From the NCBI GenBank assembly GCA_013166775.1, contig JABLTJ010000023.1, forward strand, positions 1 to 53,534: DNA of 53,534 bases. Direction: 5' to 3'. Within the stretch, counting starts at the first letter, position 1. The number at the start of each line of letters is the position of its first letter. Shown here one piece after another: positions 48,171-53,534 of this stretch. Origin of the DNA: Promethearchaeati archaeon. GTDB lineage: Archaea > Asgardarchaeota > Heimdallarchaeia > Heimdallarchaeales > Heimdallarchaeaceae. The notes beneath the pieces were generated by a model. The model did no database searches. It saw only the letters and a program-made list of their open reading frames with translations, and was not told the DNA's origin. Made by a program: the position numbers and the translations under genes.

Positions 48171-48830
48171 TTACCTTATTAAAGACCATCTTATTACTTT
48201 TGCATGTAATATTGCTAGCCTGTTAGATATGTGAAGTGATGCTGGGAGTAGTGCTAGTCCTGCAATGAAAGCGACTATAGTAAGAACAATACCAACTCCT
48301 TGAGGAGCCCATGAAAATGCTTCTGTAAACCATACAGGATTTCCAACGATTGCCCAGTTTATTAGTGCAACAAAAGGTGATGCTATTAATGCTAAAGCTG
48401 TCGAAATTAGGGATATCATAAGTGAGAACACAAATGTTCCAAAGGGTAAAGCAATGAAGAGACTATAAAACAAAGCTGTAGCAATTCTTCTATCTTTTAA
48501 TGCGTTAAACGCTTTTGTAAAGAATCCTCCTTCCACATGTGGTTTATATACCACTGGCATTTCCACTCCAACTAGGACTTTGGTCAAGAATCCTATACCA
48601 TACATCAATCTTGGAAGACTCCACAGAAAAATGTAAAGTAAGAAGAATCCTACTATTGTAAATATTAATCCCAAAGATACTGATCCAACAGTCACTGCCC
48701 AAATAAAGTAAAATAAAGATAATGGGAATAGGAGGAAGAGATATAGTAAATTAGAGTAAGTTCTTGGACGTATTAAAACTTCAAAGAATGAAACATCAAG
48801 AATACTGTCATCAATTTTGTTGTATGTCAT
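48171..48830 (-). CDS. Stand-alone membrane 'putative sensor' domain protein
   Basis: TYSNLLYLFLLFPL...SLGLIFTIVG, four TMs, no kinase domain. Confidence 0.65.
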   Translation of the reverse strand: MTYNKIDDSILDVSFFEVLIRPRTYSNLLYLFLLFPLSLFYFIWAVTVGSVSLGLIFTIVGFFLLYIFLWSLPRLMYGIGFLTKVLVGVEMPVVYKPHVEGGFFTKAFNALKDRRIATALFYSLFIALPFGTFVFSLMISLISTALALIASPFVALINWAIVGNPVWFTEAFSWAPQGVGIVLTIVAFIAGLALLPASLHISNRLAILHAKVIRWSLIR

Positions 48831-48986
48831 ACATAGATTTGTTCTTGGACTTATATAAATAATTAGAATTAATGTACACTCTCGATTTTTTTAACGTATT
48901 GGAATTCCAAAAATAGTATTATGAGAATATTAATAAAAGATATTTTCAATTCTGTTTGTTCAGAACAAGAATTCTGTTGATTTATT

Positions 48987-50411
48987 ATGAGTGACGATAG
49001 TTCCGCTTTAAGTACTGGCAAAAGAGATAGAACATTCGCTCTTATTATTATATCTGTCTCCTCTTTCATCTCAGCATTCAGTGGTTCTGCTTTCACCCTT
49101 GCAGCCCCCACAATGGCAAAAGAACTATCTATCAATACAACAGAATTAAGCTGGATAGTAACTATCTATGTTCTTGCTACAGCTATGTTACAAATCCCTT
49201 TTGGAAAAATCTCTGATAATTATGGTAGAAAAAAAGTTTATTTTACTGGCACCATAATCTTTTCTTCTGCTGCTCTTATTTTGGGTTTTATGAATTCAGC
49301 TACTTCGATTATCATAATGAGATTTGTTCAAGGAGTTGGAGGAGCACTTATCTTTGCAACTGGAACTGCAATTTTAACTTCAGTTTTTCCTCCTGAGAAA
49401 AAGGGCCTAGCTTTTGGAATTAATATTGGATCAGTTTATACAGGATTAACCATTGGTCCTTCATTAGGGGGTTTTATGACAGAATTCTTTGGATGGAGAA
49501 GCATTTTCTTTAGCATAGTTCCTTTTGGATTTGTTATTGCGATACTCGTAGGTTTCGTTCTTAAAGGAGAGTGGAAAGCTGGTGTTAAGGAGAAATTTGA
49601 CTGGATAGGTTCTCTGATCTACATAGCAACCTTGTTCATGCTTTTATATGGATTCAGATCTCTTCCAAAGAACTACGGTTTTGGATTAATTGGCGCTTCA
49701 ATTGTAACCCTCGTTATTTTCATACTCTGGGAATGGAAAATAGATTATCCTATCCTTCAGTTTAGATTATTCCAAAATAATAATTTCTTTACATTTGCTA
49801 ATCTTGCTGCTTTCACATACTATACTGCAACTGCTGCTACGACTTTTATTCTAAGTTTATACCTACAAAACATAATTGGTTATTCTGCATTGTATGCAGG
49901 ACTAATTCTCCTAGCTAGACCTGTATTTCAAGCAGTTTTATCACCAATTGGAGGAAAACTTTCAGATACAGTAGAGCATCGTATCATTACAACACTTGGT
50001 GTAGCTTTTGGATTAATAGGATTAGTTTTGCTAATTTTTCTAAATTCAAGTTCCTCTCTCTCATTAATTATACTAAGTTTAATTTTCGGAGGAATAGGAT
50101 TTGGTTTATTCTCCTCTCCAAACGCAAATTCAATAATGAGTGCTGTCTCCAGAGAAAATTATGGGGTTGCATCAGCACTAGTTGGAACAATGAGAACAGT
50201 GGGACAAACTATAAGTCTGGGTTTAGTAACTTTACTATTTGCAGTTATTCTAGGAAATACTGAGACTGAAGCTGTAAACTATGAACCCTTATTCTTGAGA
50301 AGCTCACAAATAGCGTTCATTATCTTTGTTGTAGTATGCGTAATTAGTCTTGTCTTCTCTTACTTGAGAGGAAAGAACAATTATTTTGAAATAACAAATA
50401 TCAATGAATAG
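48987..50411 (+). CDS. MFS drug:H+ antiporter (14-TM, DHA2-like)
   Basis: GKISDNYGRKK, RFVQGVGG, GWRSIFF, FDWIG, FSSPN. Confidence 0.9.
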   Translation: MSDDSSALSTGKRDRTFALIIISVSSFISAFSGSAFTLAAPTMAKELSINTTELSWIVTIYVLATAMLQIPFGKISDNYGRKKVYFTGTIIFSSAALILGFMNSATSIIIMRFVQGVGGALIFATGTAILTSVFPPEKKGLAFGINIGSVYTGLTIGPSLGGFMTEFFGWRSIFFSIVPFGFVIAILVGFVLKGEWKAGVKEKFDWIGSLIYIATLFMLLYGFRSLPKNYGFGLIGASIVTLVIFILWEWKIDYPILQFRLFQNNNFFTFANLAAFTYYTATAATTFILSLYLQNIIGYSALYAGLILLARPVFQAVLSPIGGKLSDTVEHRIITTLGVAFGLIGLVLLIFLNSSSSLSLIILSLIFGGIGFGLFSSPNANSIMSAVSRENYGVASALVGTMRTVGQTISLGLVTLLFAVILGNTETEAVNYEPLFLRSSQIAFIIFVVVCVISLVFSYLRGKNNYFEITNINE

Positions 50412-50435
50412 TTTTCTCCGTTGGTTAAGAAAATA

Positions 50436-51785
50436 CTAAACTGGAGGTTCTAATTTAAATCTTTTCTGAAGATGCTTCTTGACCTCTCCCCATGAAGATG
50501 GAAATTTTTTCACCTCTTTTAAGGTTAGAAATAAGAGACCAGTAAGGAGTCTACCACCAGCAGCAATTCCTAGTGTTATTTTCACCGCAGTTAGCAAAGG
50601 ATACCATTTATCAAACATTTCTGTTAAGTATCCTCCAGCTAATGAACCTAAGAACATGAAAATACCTACTAGCATACTGTGAATACCAAAATAAACACCA
50701 CCTTCTCTTGGAGGAACAATATCTAGAAGATATGCTTGGATACTAGGAGATCCAATAAAAATAACCCCTGCTAGTGTGAAATGAATAATATAAAGATGCC
50801 AAATCTTAGAAGCGAAAATATATGCAAATGGAAAGAGTGCTAAAGCTAATCTGTTAAAAGCAATAAGTTTGGTTCGTCCGAATCTATCACTTAGTTTAGC
50901 TCCAAACCTAATCACTAGAATTGTCATGACACTAAAAGAAATTGATAAAATTGCAATCTGAAGAGCATTTACTTCCAAAATAGACACCTGAAATATACTA
51001 AATAATGGCCATGAAAAAGAGAAGAAGATTGCATGAATCATTGAGATAAGTGTAAATTTTGCGAATGGTTTGTTTGAGAAGGTTATCTTAAAACTCTCTT
51101 TCAGTGAATGTGTAATTGGTTGCTCTCCTAATGACTTATTCCTAAGGGGTTCTTCGATTTTTCTAAAAGGCAATATACCTACGATAGAGATTAATACACC
51201 TATTGCAATTGGAATAAGGATGAATCTTTGGTAGATCTCTGCCCTCTGTTCTATCTCAAAACCCTTATCATTGAATACTATTGTTAGGATAATCCCTGTT
51301 ATGATAGTAGCAACTGCACTCCCAATTGCGTCAAACCAAAAAATCCTTCCAGTTAATTTGGCTCTTACTTCTCCAGGAAATAACTCATTTTGTAGGGCTG
51401 TGAAAGCTGGAATACCTAAACTTGCTAGTAGATTTACTAAGGCAACAATAAGAACTATTACCCAAGGATCAATTATCCAGTAGAGAATAACATATGGAAT
51501 GCCCCAGGTAAGTGTTGATATAACTACAAAAGGAATTCTTCTTTTAGCCATATCTGATAATCTTCCAAAAATAGGACCTAAGAAAGTTGAGAGCAGGTTT
51601 GATATGCTTTGAATCCATCCTAGAATTCCAGCTGAAGCTCCCATTGTTATAGCTATCATAGAAACAAAAGGTTGAACCAATCCTCTTGATGTACTTGTAG
51701 CTATTGTCCGTGAATAAAGAGCTCTCTCTTCTTTCTTTTTTATTGAATTGGACATATCTGGTTCTGTGGGTGTATCTATTGTCAT
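50436..51785 (-). CDS. MFS transporter
   Basis: GRLSD..KRR, KLSDRFGR, about 12 TMs. Confidence 0.88.
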   Translation of the reverse strand: MTIDTPTEPDMSNSIKKKEERALYSRTIATSTSRGLVQPFVSMIAITMGASAGILGWIQSISNLLSTFLGPIFGRLSDMAKRRIPFVVISTLTWGIPYVILYWIIDPWVIVLIVALVNLLASLGIPAFTALQNELFPGEVRAKLTGRIFWFDAIGSAVATIITGIILTIVFNDKGFEIEQRAEIYQRFILIPIAIGVLISIVGILPFRKIEEPLRNKSLGEQPITHSLKESFKITFSNKPFAKFTLISMIHAIFFSFSWPLFSIFQVSILEVNALQIAILSISFSVMTILVIRFGAKLSDRFGRTKLIAFNRLALALFPFAYIFASKIWHLYIIHFTLAGVIFIGSPSIQAYLLDIVPPREGGVYFGIHSMLVGIFMFLGSLAGGYLTEMFDKWYPLLTAVKITLGIAAGGRLLTGLLFLTLKEVKKFPSSWGEVKKHLQKRFKLEPPV

Positions 51786-51826
51786 TGAATGATGTTGAAG
51801 AAAAACTGTTATTGAAAAGTTTTCTG

Positions 51827-52609
51827 TTAGAATTTAATCTTAAGTAATTCTAATGTTTCTTCATCCTTTTCAGTTTTCATGAGTCTCTCTAAAGCATAGT
51901 TAACATCTTCATTGTCAAGTTGAATTAATTTTTTTACTATTTCTCTTCTAATTTCCTTGTTAGTTTCATTTTGGATATGTGTTGAGAGAACAAAAGTGAT
52001 TTCAGGATTTTCAGCTTTCTGTAAGATGTAATAAAGAAGAAGTTTTCTCATCTCTGTATTTGGTTTTGATTTTAGAAGGGATAAAAATGCGTACATAACT
52101 TCTTCATCATTTATCAAATCACTAAGAGTCCTAATAATCCATAATTTTACTCTATTGGAAACTTCTCCAAATTTAAGTTTTCGAATAAGAATATCGCGGA
52201 CATCTACATCATGAATAATACTTCTTAGTGCCCAGACTGACCAAAGACGAACTTGTTGAGAGCTGTCACTAAGAGTCTGAAGAATCGTTCTTTTAACTTC
52301 CTCTTCAGAAATAAGATCAGCTAAAAGCGAAACTGCTTTAGTTCTGCAGAGTTGATATTTATCCTCTAGAGCAATGTCGATCAAGATTGTTGTAATTTCA
52401 GCATAAGTAGAGAACTCCCCAATAAGGTCTAAAATTTGAGCTCTTTCCTTATTTTCTTTAGTTATTTGTAGTTTAGAACTAAGCTCATTCATTCGTTCTA
52501 ATCTTTCTTTTTCTGATTTCTCTAATTTTTTTACTTCTAAATCCATAATATGCTCAAAAGCTGGATCTTCTTCCTTTGAATTATCTGAGGAGTTATCTTC
52601 TTCACTCAT
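51827..52609 (-). CDS. HEAT-repeat protein
   Basis: Repeated D/E....(V/I)R....L helical units. Confidence 0.7.
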   Translation of the reverse strand: MSEEDNSSDNSKEEDPAFEHIMDLEVKKLEKSEKERLERMNELSSKLQITKENKERAQILDLIGEFSTYAEITTILIDIALEDKYQLCRTKAVSLLADLISEEEVKRTILQTLSDSSQQVRLWSVWALRSIIHDVDVRDILIRKLKFGEVSNRVKLWIIRTLSDLINDEEVMYAFLSLLKSKPNTEMRKLLLYYILQKAENPEITFVLSTHIQNETNKEIRREIVKKLIQLDNEDVNYALERLMKTEKDEETLELLKIKF

Positions 52610-52711
52610 ACGATCGATATAGTTTAGTCAGCGTTATTAAAAAATCTTTCATTTTAAAATCAAAATAAATGTAGAAGAGCTTAAAAAATAGTTATCTTAT
52701 CTGATAATATA

Positions 52712-53350
52712 ATGGCTCATAAAATTGAAAGCGAAATTACTGGTCCATTAAAGACTAATTGCTACTTACTCTATGATATTCAAGAGAAGGAAGCTGCGCT
52801 TATAGATGTTGCAGGATCAATCCCTAAATTAAACAAAATAATTGATAAAATGGATTTGTCTTTAAAATATCTTTTCTGCACTCATTTACACTTTGATCAT
52901 GTTCTAGGTCTAGAAGAAGTTAGAAACAAATACCCAGAAGCTCTTCTAGCGTTCAACTCCAGAGAGCTCGAAGTTATGGAAAATTTAGGCAACTTCGCAA
53001 GATTATTTGAATTTGATCCTTCATCAATTGGAAAACAGGATGTTAACATTGAAAATCAAGTATTTAATATTGGAAAAATCGAATTAAAGACTCTCTTAAC
53101 TCCTGGGCATACACCAGGTAGTATCTGTTACTTCTTTGATAAATTTCTGTTCTCAGGAGATGTATTATTCAAACGAGGAATAGGACGTACTGATTTTTAT
53201 GGTGGTTCATTTGAAGAAATTAAGAGTTCAATATTAAACCTGTATAAATTTCCTGATGATACAATTGTTTTTCCTGGTCATGGAGAACCTACAGATATAG
53301 GATCCGAGAAACGAGAAAATCCATTTGTAAATCAAGAAAGTATCTACTGA
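52712..53350 (+). CDS. MBL-fold hydrolase (glyoxalase II-like)
   Basis: TNCYL, THLHFDHV, TPGHTPGS, FSGD, GRTD, PGHG. Confidence 0.92.
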   Translation: MAHKIESEITGPLKTNCYLLYDIQEKEAALIDVAGSIPKLNKIIDKMDLSLKYLFCTHLHFDHVLGLEEVRNKYPEALLAFNSRELEVMENLGNFARLFEFDPSSIGKQDVNIENQVFNIGKIELKTLLTPGHTPGSICYFFDKFLFSGDVLFKRGIGRTDFYGGSFEEIKSSILNLYKFPDDTIVFPGHGEPTDIGSEKRENPFVNQESIY

Positions 53351-53534
53351 ATTAGATTTGATTTTTCTTCTAGTTTCTTTTTAATATCTAAAAAATCTGA
53401 AAAAATAATAAGTCTGGAATCACCTTCTAACTCCTTAGCTAAATCCTCGTTCTCCTTTGCAAATATTATATCTGCAAGGCTTCTAGCTGGGAAGATGTCT
53501 GATAAGCCATCACCTATATAGATTATTTTGTAAC
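53344..53534 (-). CDS. HAD-IB phosphatase (MtnX-like), C-terminal part only
   Basis: Translated by hand: YKIIYIGDGLSDIFPARSLADIIFAK. The 5' end is outside the window. Confidence 0.75.
   Translation of the reverse strand, partial: YKIIYIGDGLSDIFPARSLADIIFAKENEDLAKELEGDSRLIIFSDFLDIKKKLEEKSNLIQ

Noticed and set aside
1801-51483. Many short track ORFs antisense to or nested in long genes (e.g. 1883-2338, 15082-15408, 22884-23219, 37801-38211, 48869-49135)
   Set aside because: Shadow ORFs of well-supported genes with no independent coding signal.
1-53534. tRNA/rRNA genes, IS elements, integrases
   Set aside because: No extended GC-rich structured region, T-loop motif in a cloverleaf, transposase or recombinase was seen by eye. 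A covariance-model scan would be needed to exclude small RNAs.

Overview
AT-rich (roughly one-third GC by eye), gene-dense archaeal chromosomal DNA with no rRNA, tRNA, CRISPR array or transposase that I could see. The gene repertoire (multi-PAS kinases, NosD-like beta-helix surface proteins with C-terminal anchors, divergent winged-helix regulators, HEAT proteins, AOR, TrpB2, TATA promoters, GGTGA ribosome-binding sites) suggests an Asgard archaeon, possibly Heimdallarchaeia. That assignment is inference. The strongest observation is a malic enzyme gene (minus strand) interrupted inside its conserved WYTPGV motif by a 30-nt stop-containing hairpin insert (23832-23861). The insert folds with its flanks into a relaxed bulge-helix-bulge, and its excision exactly restores the Tyr codon, so it is a candidate tRNA-endonuclease-type intron in a protein-coding gene. 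Other notable items are a candidate replication origin without an adjacent cdc6 (34825-35457; inverted ORB-like boxes, AT-rich tract, ATACCGAA repeats), two in-frame stop codons with coding sequence continuing past them (5565, 9028), a junction that removes the 5' ends of two divergent genes (~32787), several small ORFs missed by the ORF track, and a recurrent C-terminal sorting signal.
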